A stretch of 20,000 bases of DNA from positions 52,447 to 72,446 of IMG/VR virus record IMGVR_UViG_3300031669_003759; one strand, written 5' to 3'. Origin of the DNA: an uncultured virus (IMG/VR IMGVR_UViG_3300031669_003759). Its lineage: Duplodnaviria > Heunggongvirae > Uroviricota > Caudoviricetes. How positions within the stretch are numbered: the first letter of the stretch is position 1; each line of letters starts with the position of its first letter. A model generated the notes under the pieces. It saw only the letters and a program-made list of their open reading frames with translations, was not told the origin of the DNA and did no database searches. The position numbers were made by a program, and so were the translations under genes. Of this stretch, positions 1 through 10,158 are shown in pieces.

Positions 1-2
1 AC

Positions 3-404
3 CGAAGATGGGATTTGAAGATTCCAAAGTTTACAAAAGGTGGGGATAACACAAAAAATATCCACAAATATAACGAGATAATATCCCGTAAATTCAAAGA
101 TAAATATATGGATATTGGTGCATTACCTTTGTCATTCTTTTGTGTTGCACTAAGGAAAGAAACATTTGATCAAATTGGATTGTTAGATGAAGATTTTGGT
201 ATTGGACTGGGGGATGATGATGAATATTGTTTTAGGTTACGTGCGCATAATCTAACGTTGGTTTTAAGTTTGGAAACATTTGTATACCACCACCACAGAA
301 CAACTTTCAAAGCGCTAAAATTACCTGTAGATTCTATTAGAAGAAAGAACATACGGGTACTCAGAGAAAAAAAGAAAGCGGTCATGCGAGAAGTAAATGG
401 GTAA
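3..404 (+). CDS. Family 2 glycosyltransferase, C-terminal part (5' end outside the window)
   Basis: Frame is open from base 3 (RRWDLKIPKF, matching YRWEVGIPPY in the next gene). It carries the GT2 C-terminal motifs FFCVALRKETFDQIGLLDEDFGIGLGDDDEYCFR and FVYHHHRTTF. Confidence 0.85.
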   Translation, partial: RRWDLKIPKFTKGGDNTKNIHKYNEIISRKFKDKYMDIGALPLSFFCVALRKETFDQIGLLDEDFGIGLGDDDEYCFRLRAHNLTLVLSLETFVYHHHRTTFKALKLPVDSIRRKNIRVLREKKKAVMREVNG

Positions 405-1203
405 TCCAGTCATAAGCATTGTAGTTCCGGTCCTAGATCAGCCGGATATGACTGTAAAATGTTTTCATTCTATTCGTACAGTTACTAAACTGCCTTTCGA
501 GGTCATCTGGATAGACAATGCATCCATAAAAGACAGTCGGAAAATAATAGCTAGGCAGGCTGATTTATTCAAGGGTAAATGTATCCTGATAAAAAACGAT
601 GAGAATAAAGGATTTATCAAAGCAACCAATCAAGGAATTCAAGCTGCTCGCGGTGAATATATCATTCTGCTAAATAATGATACAGAGGTATTTCCTGATT
701 GGGAAAGCAATCTGATCAAACCTCTGTATCATCATGCTAATGTTGGTGTAGTTGGACCTATTACCCAAAGCAAGCTATCGTGGCAAACAAACAAATATTT
801 GAATTATCGTTGGGAAGTTGGAATTCCCCCGTACAATGATTCTATCAAATTGCATTACTGGATGAAATTAAAAAAAATGCACAAAGATAAATACTTAGAT
901 GTCACGGGAATGCCCATTTCATTTTTCTGTGCTGCGATGCACCGATCACTATTTGATAAAATAGGAGCGCTCTGTGAAGAAATGAGCATAGGTTTAGGAG
1001 ACGATGACGAGTTCTGCATGCGCATGAGGGCTCATGGATATAAACAATGGCTAAGTCTAGGAACATTTGTTTACCATAATCACCGAACAACCTTCAAAGC
1101 ACTCAACCTGGGAGTGGAGTCTCTCCAGAGGTACAATATGTGCATATTCAAAAAGAAAGAACGAGAATTACGTAAAAATCCACCAGAACATAGTTTTCAG
1201 TAG
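397..1203 (+). CDS. Family 2 glycosyltransferase (GT-A fold), paralog of the upstream gene
   Basis: Motifs ISIVVPV, EVIWIDNAS, ENKGFIKATNQGI, GEYIILLNND (DxD-equivalent) and GLGDDDEFCMR. Confidence 0.92.
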   Translation: MGNPVISIVVPVLDQPDMTVKCFHSIRTVTKLPFEVIWIDNASIKDSRKIIARQADLFKGKCILIKNDENKGFIKATNQGIQAARGEYIILLNNDTEVFPDWESNLIKPLYHHANVGVVGPITQSKLSWQTNKYLNYRWEVGIPPYNDSIKLHYWMKLKKMHKDKYLDVTGMPISFFCAAMHRSLFDKIGALCEEMSIGLGDDDEFCMRMRAHGYKQWLSLGTFVYHNHRTTFKALNLGVESLQRYNMCIFKKKERELRKNPPEHSFQ

Positions 1204-1215
1204 AGTATAATACTC
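1203..1215 (+). promoter_or_regulatory. Candidate -10 element (TATAAT, 1206-1211) inside the small inverted repeat GAGTA-TAA-TACTC, 6 nt upstream of the helicase ATG
   Basis: Seen in the 14-nt intergenic gap. No SD sequence and no recognisable -35 box. Confidence 0.4.
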
Positions 1216-1217
1216 GT

Positions 1218-2687
1218 ATGGATGTACAAATCGAAGTAGGTCCAGTGCGGCTTAAAGTCACAACACGGCTACCCCTTGAGGACACACGATTGCTGCGTAA
1301 GCACCTTACATATACAGTAAATAATTATCAGTATACTACCCAGTATAAACTTTATGGTTGGGATGGCAGAAAAACACTAATATATAAAGATCAAACTGCA
1401 CCTGCAGGGTGTCTTTACAGAATACGTACTTTCCTAGAGGAAAAACTGCACTATAATGTAGAAGTTATTTATAAGAATAATTACGAACCTTGCGGAACTA
1501 GCGATATTTATGGGTTCAAATTAGAAACATTTCAAAAACAAGCTGTCAAACGGATTCTGAAATACCGCCGTGGAATAATAAGTGCTCCAGTCAGATCGGG
1601 AAAGACTGCAATTGCAGCAGCAGCAATTAAAAATATTGGACATTATTCTGCTTGGGTAGTTACATACGGAAAAGATTTAGTGCGTCAAACAAAAAAAGAT
1701 TTAGAATACCATTTACAAATACCAGTCGGGATATTCTCTGAAGGTGTATACGTGCAGGGTAAAGTAATGGTAACAAGCTATCAAGCAATTACCCGTGCGC
1801 TTTCCGCAGTAAAAGGCAAAGAAGAGAACGTAACATTAAAGGAAGAAACTCAGCAAAGAAATCTAGCATTATTAAGATTGGTTCGTAATGTAAAGGTTGT
1901 TATATTTGATGAATGTCATCATGCACTTGCCCCAAAAAATAATATCTTATTAAATGAATTACTCTCTGCGGGTTATGTTATCGGATTGTCAGGAACACCC
2001 AAGCCAGACAATACACATTATCTGGAACTAGAAGCAGCAATTGGTGCTATCATTTTTAAGGTGCAATACAAAACACTAATTAACCATGGACGGATTGCTC
2101 GGCCTATGATTGTCCTGTATCAACTTCCATATCGATGGTACACTACTGGACTTAAAGAGTTTCCAGACATTTATGCTACCAATATAGTACAGAACATGTA
2201 TAGGAATAAATTTATTGCTGACATAGTTAAAAACTTGTACAAATCAAATAAGACTGCGTTTGTAATGATAAGGAACTTACTTCATGGCCCAATCTTACGG
2301 GCACTCATCCCTGGAAGTGTCTTTGTTAAGGGAAAAATTTCTAGTGAAATTAGAGAAGGATTATACAAAGCCCTTAATGATAAAACAATTCAATGTATTA
2401 TTGCTACTGTCGGAAAGGAAGGCTTGAACATCCGTGGACTGGATGCAATGATAAACGCAGAAGGATACAAGTCCTCGGTTACGACGATGCAAAAACTAAG
2501 GTCACTTACAGCAACCAAGGATAAAAAATATGGCATTATTGTAGACTTTATGGATCGAGGTAAATTTTTGAGTGCTCATAGCAAGCGGCGTGCAGCATTG
2601 TATAAACGAATGGGAGCTATAAAATTAAAAGTAAAACAGGTTCCGGTTGATCTTTATAAAGAGGAGTCTCCTTCATGGACACAGTAA
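1218..2687 (+). CDS. Superfamily 2 DExH helicase (UvsW/XPB/ResIII-like)
   Basis: Q motif FQKQAV, Walker A APVRSGKT, DECHH, motif III GLSGTP, motif V GKEGLNIRGLD, and C-terminal IVDFMD...HSKRR..LY. Motif VI is atypical. Confidence 0.9.
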   Translation: MDVQIEVGPVRLKVTTRLPLEDTRLLRKHLTYTVNNYQYTTQYKLYGWDGRKTLIYKDQTAPAGCLYRIRTFLEEKLHYNVEVIYKNNYEPCGTSDIYGFKLETFQKQAVKRILKYRRGIISAPVRSGKTAIAAAAIKNIGHYSAWVVTYGKDLVRQTKKDLEYHLQIPVGIFSEGVYVQGKVMVTSYQAITRALSAVKGKEENVTLKEETQQRNLALLRLVRNVKVVIFDECHHALAPKNNILLNELLSAGYVIGLSGTPKPDNTHYLELEAAIGAIIFKVQYKTLINHGRIARPMIVLYQLPYRWYTTGLKEFPDIYATNIVQNMYRNKFIADIVKNLYKSNKTAFVMIRNLLHGPILRALIPGSVFVKGKISSEIREGLYKALNDKTIQCIIATVGKEGLNIRGLDAMINAEGYKSSVTTMQKLRSLTATKDKKYGIIVDFMDRGKFLSAHSKRRAALYKRMGAIKLKVKQVPVDLYKEESPSWTQ

Positions 2688-3208
2688 GCGTAGAAGATCT
2701 AATGATTAATAGTGCACTGGCTGGGAAAGCACAAAGAGATCCAGTGGAAAGAAGCATTATCAAAAAGTTAATACGATTGAAGCATCAAAATAAGCGTTTG
2801 CGGGATCACATTGAAAAGACAGGTGCATGGGCACATTTAAAAGAAGTAGTTCTTTGGAAGCCGTTTGATTTTTACCACTATTTTTGTACTAAGTATCATG
2901 AAAAATACCGTAGTGAGTATCGCCAAGTAGGCAATATTGTACGAGCGTACCAAAGGATAGATTCATTTCAACTAGGTAATCATATTGACAAGAAGGAATA
3001 TAAACAGTTCATCGACCGCGCTTTTGAGAGATACTTTACAAACATTAGTAAACCGACAATCGCACACATTTGTACGCCTACTTTGTATAATTACTTAATG
3101 AAGGAAGATGCCCAGTTTGCAACACCAGCAGATTATCATAGACTGGATCAAGTGCTAGCAGAAGAGAATGAAAAGTTCGAGAGCTATGTGCAGCAGTTTG
3201 ATAGCTAA
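2675..3208 (+). CDS. Hypothetical protein, possible replication initiator or helicase-loader partner
   Basis: 177-aa ORF with a GAGGAG SD, overlapping the helicase stop. Aromatic-rich helix WKPFDFYHYFCTKYHEKY. Function is inferred only from its position before the DnaC/DnaB-like genes. Confidence 0.6.
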   Translation: MDTVSVEDLMINSALAGKAQRDPVERSIIKKLIRLKHQNKRLRDHIEKTGAWAHLKEVVLWKPFDFYHYFCTKYHEKYRSEYRQVGNIVRAYQRIDSFQLGNHIDKKEYKQFIDRAFERYFTNISKPTIAHICTPTLYNYLMKEDAQFATPADYHRLDQVLAEENEKFESYVQQFDS

Positions 3209-3215
3209 GGTAACT

Positions 3216-3956
3216 ATGTATCAAATAGATCAAAAAGAGTTTAACCGACTACAGAGAATACGAGAAAATTGTCCTGTTTGTGGGGGATTGGGCTATTCTG
3301 AAACACGGAAATTAGATGGTAAGATTAATCTGACAGATTGTATCTGTGTTCAGAATATAAGCTACGAATTAAAAATGATAGAGGCAAATATTCCAACACA
3401 ATATAGACATTGGACATTCAAACAGTTAGATAAAAAAATAATTAAGGACAATAAAAAATCAATTGAAAAAATAAAGGACTATATTGAAAATCTCAAGGAC
3501 AATATAATTAACGGGAAAGGGTTGTGGTTTCATGCTCCCCCCGGATTGGCCAAGAGTTCGCTGATATGTAATATCTTGAGGAAAGCAATAGATAGAGGAT
3601 TCAAGCCCTACTTTGGGAGGGCATCACATTTTATTTCATTAAAATTTCAAATTGCAAGAAATGATCCTGATGCTAAGGCCCTCTTACAGCATATTTTCAA
3701 TTCAGTAGATATATTAGCAATAGAGGAATTAGATAAGGTATATTTGACTACTAAGCCGAATTCCTTCGGACGAGAACTTTTTTATGAACTATTATCAGAT
3801 TTGTATGATGCTAGAATAGCATTGTTGGTAAGTTCAAACGTTATACGGAATGAATGTGAACCAAAATTTCCAACGTTCATTCGAGATAGATTCCGGTATC
3901 TAGAAGATATTCCGATATTTGGTGAATCAGGACGGAAAAATTTGAAGAAAAAATAA
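3216..3956 (+). CDS. DnaC/DnaI/IstB-like AAA+ helicase loader with N-terminal zinc motif
   Basis: CPVCGG...CIC, ANIPTQYRHWTF, GKGLWFHAPPGLAKS (Walker A-like), ILAIEELD (Walker B-like), LLVSSN and IRDRF. Start moved to ATG 3216 because of the TAAGGT SD at 3206-3211. Confidence 0.82.
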   Translation: MYQIDQKEFNRLQRIRENCPVCGGLGYSETRKLDGKINLTDCICVQNISYELKMIEANIPTQYRHWTFKQLDKKIIKDNKKSIEKIKDYIENLKDNIINGKGLWFHAPPGLAKSSLICNILRKAIDRGFKPYFGRASHFISLKFQIARNDPDAKALLQHIFNSVDILAIEELDKVYLTTKPNSFGRELFYELLSDLYDARIALLVSSNVIRNECEPKFPTFIRDRFRYLEDIPIFGESGRKNLKKK

Positions 3957-5363
3957 ATGCCAAGTCTCAGTTCAAAAGCTAATGAGCGCAGGCTTCTTGC
4001 GCTCCTCCTACAGTCCCCCACGCATATGCGGGCAATCCGCCTGAATTTAGATATTTTTGTGAATCCGAAATATAGAAAAGCTGCTGAACTTATAAAAAAA
4101 TATGTAAAGAGATACAAGTCTCCACCAAGTAAAAATGCACTTAAAAGATTTTCAAGTAAAGTAGTAAAACCAAGCATAAAAGAGGCAGAAGACATTGTAG
4201 ATGCGTTAAATGTACTAGATAAACTTCCAAAAGTTGTTCAGACCGATGCTGAATTCGAGTTTGAGCAAGCAGAAAATTACAGAACTGGCCGAGTGCTACT
4301 CGATGTAGTGGAGCATATTAAAAATAAATTTGAAGAAGGTGACACGGACTACATAGATATGCGTAAAAAAATGATTTCTGAATTATTAGCATTTGGAAAT
4401 GGTAACGACGCAATCGTTCGTGGAAAGATATATGACAGGATAAAAGAAAGATTTGAAGAATATGAATCTGCTGAACGGGGAGATGTAGGTAGTATTATTC
4501 CTTTTGGGATTAAACCTTTTGATGATAATTTAGGTGGTATGCACAAATCTTTTGTAACATTAATCTATTCTAAGACTGGGGGTGGAAAAACCCGCACAGC
4601 CGTAAATGTGGCATACAATGCAGCAATAGCTGGGTATAATGTAATGTATTTTTCGTTAGAAATGGCATTTAACTTACTGGCCAGTTGCTTTGATTCAAGA
4701 ATGGCCTGGGTAGACGGAGATAAAATAATATTTGGAAAACTAGACAAAATAAATAAACGAAGATATGCACATGCCCTGAAAAAACAATTGAAGGAAAAAT
4801 TAAACGTGTGGATAGTTGATATTGCAATGGGGGCATCATCTTCTATGATTTTAGAAGAGATCGAAGTATATCGTGCCGCAAATGGGGTAAACCCAGATTT
4901 AGTCGTTATTGACTACGCTAATCTTATGGAACCGATGAAGCGGTACAATGGGAGGTCTGAAAAATACGATTTTCTTTTCAAGGAGTATCATGAGATAGCA
5001 AAATATTGTAACGTAGCAATCCTTACTGCTACACAAGAAAGTAGGGATGCATCTAAAGCAGACATCGATGCTAAGTATAAGAAACAGGAAGTGGAACAAG
5101 GCGTCCATAATATCGGGCTGTCTAATTTTATGGCCCCGCACTGCGAAAGTGTGGTTAGACTAAAACAGGACAGTAAAGATTTACTACAAAATAGGCTGTG
5201 GTCAATTATTGATAAAAATAGATATGGAACACACGGGAAAGAAATTCCATTAATGGCTATATGGGAAAAGAATTACGTTGGGGATAGAGTAATTACCGGG
5301 ATGAAAGTCTATAAGCTCAAAAAGCGCTACTCGTACCAAGATAGTAAGGAAGATGCTGCTTGA
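3957..5363 (+). CDS. DnaB-like (SF4) replicative helicase
   Basis: H1 SKTGGGKT, H1a YFSLEM, H2 LVVIDY, H3 ILTATQESR and H4 IIDKNRYG. Confidence 0.92.
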   Translation: MPSLSSKANERRLLALLLQSPTHMRAIRLNLDIFVNPKYRKAAELIKKYVKRYKSPPSKNALKRFSSKVVKPSIKEAEDIVDALNVLDKLPKVVQTDAEFEFEQAENYRTGRVLLDVVEHIKNKFEEGDTDYIDMRKKMISELLAFGNGNDAIVRGKIYDRIKERFEEYESAERGDVGSIIPFGIKPFDDNLGGMHKSFVTLIYSKTGGGKTRTAVNVAYNAAIAGYNVMYFSLEMAFNLLASCFDSRMAWVDGDKIIFGKLDKINKRRYAHALKKQLKEKLNVWIVDIAMGASSSMILEEIEVYRAANGVNPDLVVIDYANLMEPMKRYNGRSEKYDFLFKEYHEIAKYCNVAILTATQESRDASKADIDAKYKKQEVEQGVHNIGLSNFMAPHCESVVRLKQDSKDLLQNRLWSIIDKNRYGTHGKEIPLMAIWEKNYVGDRVITGMKVYKLKKRYSYQDSKEDAA

Positions 5364-5827
5364 ACATTGAATCCTTCTACAGAGAAGCTGGAATAGTCCT
5401 AGAGCCATTCGGGGGACGTTGGCGTGCACGGTGCCCCTTTCACAATGAGAAAACCCCTTCATTTGTTGTTTATGAGGATGCAAGTTACCATTGCTTTGGC
5501 TGCAGAGCACATGGTACCGCTAAAGATATTCAAGAAAGATTCAATGTAGATTATCGACCTTTTCCAGATTTGTGTGCAACTAAAGATCCAATAATAACTA
5601 ATTTTATTCAATTTAAATCAAAGATGGACGACGAATTAAATTTACTTGTAATTGACTTGGATAATGATATAAGATTCAAGGCTTATGACATGTTTGATGC
5701 ACTCATGATCGATACAAAAGCATTAACAGATTGTCTTGAAATAAGCTTGTTGGATTTAATTGCCTTTACAAAAAGAGGGTTTACAGACATCGAAAAAATA
5801 GTAGCCGAAAATCACTGCAGACAGTAA
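5360..5827 (+). CDS. Stand-alone CHC2 zinc-finger protein (DnaG zinc-binding domain, no TOPRIM domain)
   Basis: ARCPFHNEKTPSFVVY...YHCFGC followed by a ~90-aa helical tail. TTG start overlaps the DnaB TGA. Confidence 0.85.
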   Translation: MNIESFYREAGIVLEPFGGRWRARCPFHNEKTPSFVVYEDASYHCFGCRAHGTAKDIQERFNVDYRPFPDLCATKDPIITNFIQFKSKMDDELNLLVIDLDNDIRFKAYDMFDALMIDTKALTDCLEISLLDLIAFTKRGFTDIEKIVAENHCRQ

Positions 5828-5835
5828 CTTTTAAC

Positions 5836-5863
5836 TTGACTTTTTGGAGTTTATGCCTATGAT
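5836..5863 (+). promoter_or_regulatory. Sigma70-type promoter candidate TTGACT-N16-TATGAT
   Basis: -35 at 5836-5841 and -10 at 5858-5863, upstream of SD AAGGA (5891-5895) and an in-frame GTG at 5904. Confidence 0.5.
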
Positions 5864-5903
5864 GCACAGGTGCCTCATACATCCCCAAAAAAGGAAAACT
5901 TCA

Positions 5904-7583
<1,680 letters not shown>

Positions 7584-7648
7584 TTGCCTCCATAGTATTA
7601 TATCTGTAGCACTACTTATTATAAATTCTGTGTTTGTTAGGAACTTAT

Positions 7649-10156
7649 ATGGGCGACCCCCGTAAGCACTGCTCTATAAAATGTCCACGATTAAATTTAG
7701 ACATTGGATCTCCTCGGCTTAAGGGTAAAGGATCACGCAAAGCAAAAATACTACTTGTGGGGGAAGCCCCTGGACAATCTGAAGATATCGATGGAATTCC
7801 ATTTGTAGGGAGTTCCGGGGAGCTATTAGACGATGTTCTCGCAGAATTAGATATTAATCGTAAAGATATTTACATTACTAATGCTGTAAAATGCGCCACA
7901 CCAGTTGAAAATAAAAAACCAGGAAAAAAAGAAATTACAGCATGTAGGAGTTATCTCCTAAAGGAAATAGAAGTAATAAAGCCTAATGTAATAGGTTGCT
8001 TGGGGGCAATTGCTCTCGAAGCAGTACTTAAACGCAAAGGGATAACTAAATTACAAAATAACGTGTTTCAAAGCGAGGAGCTAAAAACAAAGGTAGTTCC
8101 TGTTCTGCATCCAGCGTACATCCTGCGCAATCCTGGAGAGTACGACAACCTGTTAAAAGGGATGCTGCTCATTAAACAGGAATCTAGAGCAAGAGAAAGA
8201 GTAGTATTAGCTAAAACAAAAACAAAATGGATAGACGCAGATACTCCAAAAAAAATAGATAAAGTACTTGAGCAATTAGAAAATGTAGATGCATTCGCAT
8301 TCGACGTAGAAACTACATCATTGGATCCACTAATAGCTAAAATACTTCTAATGGCGCTGTCCTGGCAGATTGGATTGGGGGTAACAATTAAATGGGATAG
8401 GCTATCCCAAGAACAGAAAGATAGACTCCAGAAAATATTTATTTCTAAGAAGGAAAAGATAGGGCAAAACTTAAAGTATGATGTTCAAGTCCTATGGGTC
8501 AATAACTTCCGGGTAAAGGGGCCATACTTCGATACCCTCCCAGCAATAGCCCTTATTGATGAAAATATACCAAAGAAGACACTTGAAGTGCTGACATTGC
8601 GCTATTTAGATCTGGGGGAGTATTGGGCACCCTTAGACGAATTTAAAGCTAAATATATGAAAGAGCATAAAATAAAAAAGGAAGACTTCAACTATGGTAT
8701 GATTCCTTATAATATTTTATGTACATATGCACAGGGGGATGCTGACGCCACTTATCGTCTATATGTAATATTCAAGAAGGAGTTAATCAAACAAAATCTG
8801 ATGGATTTTTATAAAAAATACACTTTGCCTACTCTAAAAATTCTGATGCGGATAGAGCGTAAAGGAATAAAAATAAATAGAAAAAAATTGAAAAAAATCA
8901 TTAAAGAATATCAAGGAAAAGTAGTCATATCAGAAAAAGATATAAAAACTACCACAGAGGTTAAAAAATATCAAAAAATAAGATTTGCACATGTAAGCAA
9001 ACAATTTAAGGAAAAATGGGAGAAGTCTAAAACATTAAGAAGCAGATCTTCACAGATTGAATATCTAAAAGCTAGAGTTAAGAAGAAGGATTGGAAGTTC
9101 AATCCAAAATCCTCAAAGCAACTTCGAGAACTCCTTTTCGATATGCTAAAACTTCCTGTAACTAAACTAACAAAGACAAAACAGGCATGCACTGACGCAT
9201 CCGTATTAACTATATTAGCAAATAGCAACCAAGTTGAGATTGCACAAAAAATTATAACGAATAGAAAACTTACAAAATTTTTATCCACATACCTAGTATC
9301 CGTGTATAACAAATCGAAGATTGATGGAAGAGTACATCCTAGTTACATGCAGCATCGGGCCGTAACCGGAAGATTAAGTAGTGAGAACCCCAACTTCCAA
9401 AACATAAAACGGGACGCGATAGAATTTAAGAAATGCTTCTTAGCTGATCCTGGAATGGTCATTTTACGAGCAGATTTAGCACAGGCGGAATTTAGATGCT
9501 GGGCACATTACTCTAATGATCAAAAAATGATTCATGATATCGAATCTGGAATGGATATCCACCGTAAGACAGCATCTGAGATATTCGGAGTACCAGAAGA
9601 CGAAGTAACTAAAGAACAGCGGGAGGCTGCCAAGAATTGTGTTTTTGGACTTATGTTTGGGCGTGGGACAAAATCTATATCAGAACAATACGGGATTTCT
9701 AGAGATGATGCAGATGCTATTAGAGATCTATTTTTCAAAACCTACCCCATGGCTGCACTATGGCTGGATAAACAAGTTGCCTTTGTCCAAACCTACGGAT
9801 TCGTAAAAACATGGTTGGGCCGAGTACGTAGACTACCAGAAATACACAGTGACGACCATATGGTAAAAGCAGAAGCTGAGAGACAGACAAAGAACAGCCC
9901 GATCCAAGGACTAGCTTCAGATATGAATAATCACTTTATGGTTATGAATCTAAAGTTTGCTAAAAAGAAAAATATTTACTGTTATCCTATGGGTACAATC
10001 CATGATGCTAATTATATACAAGTAAGGGAATCAGATGTAGGTAGGCTAATTGAAGTAATGACCAAAGTAGTAAATAGCTCTTTTCCAGGTTTTAGGTGCA
10101 AAATGGCATTAGATTTTGAAGTGGGAAAGACTCTCGGAACATTGAAAGGGGTATAA
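7649..10156 (+). CDS. polA: Family A DNA polymerase with N-terminal family 4 uracil-DNA glycosylase domain and 3'-5' exonuclease (SPO1-like architecture)
   Basis: [38 protein letters not shown]. Exonuclease: FDVETT, GQNLKYD, YAQGD. Polymerase: [39 protein letters not shown]. Start at ATG 7649 with a TAGGA SD. Confidence 0.95.
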   Translation: MGDPRKHCSIKCPRLNLDIGSPRLKGKGSRKAKILLVGEAPGQSEDIDGIPFVGSSGELLDDVLAELDINRKDIYITNAVKCATPVENKKPGKKEITACRSYLLKEIEVIKPNVIGCLGAIALEAVLKRKGITKLQNNVFQSEELKTKVVPVLHPAYILRNPGEYDNLLKGMLLIKQESRARERVVLAKTKTKWIDADTPKKIDKVLEQLENVDAFAFDVETTSLDPLIAKILLMALSWQIGLGVTIKWDRLSQEQKDRLQKIFISKKEKIGQNLKYDVQVLWVNNFRVKGPYFDTLPAIALIDENIPKKTLEVLTLRYLDLGEYWAPLDEFKAKYMKEHKIKKEDFNYGMIPYNILCTYAQGDADATYRLYVIFKKELIKQNLMDFYKKYTLPTLKILMRIERKGIKINRKKLKKIIKEYQGKVVISEKDIKTTTEVKKYQKIRFAHVSKQFKEKWEKSKTLRSRSSQIEYLKARVKKKDWKFNPKSSKQLRELLFDMLKLPVTKLTKTKQACTDASVLTILANSNQVEIAQKIITNRKLTKFLSTYLVSVYNKSKIDGRVHPSYMQHRAVTGRLSSENPNFQNIKRDAIEFKKCFLADPGMVILRADLAQAEFRCWAHYSNDQKMIHDIESGMDIHRKTASEIFGVPEDEVTKEQREAAKNCVFGLMFGRGTKSISEQYGISRDDADAIRDLFFKTYPMAALWLDKQVAFVQTYGFVKTWLGRVRRLPEIHSDDHMVKAEAERQTKNSPIQGLASDMNNHFMVMNLKFAKKKNIYCYPMGTIHDANYIQVRESDVGRLIEVMTKVVNSSFPGFRCKMALDFEVGKTLGTLKGV

Positions 10157-10158
10157 TT

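Noticed and set aside
3168..3215. ORF-track starts at 3168, 5844, 7634 and 13923
   Set aside because: Downstream in-frame starts (3216, 5904, 7649, 13926) have better SD sequences or coupling.
7584..7648. Possible terminator, ncRNA or T4-like late promoter (TATAAATT) before polA
   Set aside because: Only a 4-bp stem and an imperfect motif in AT-rich DNA, which is not enough support.
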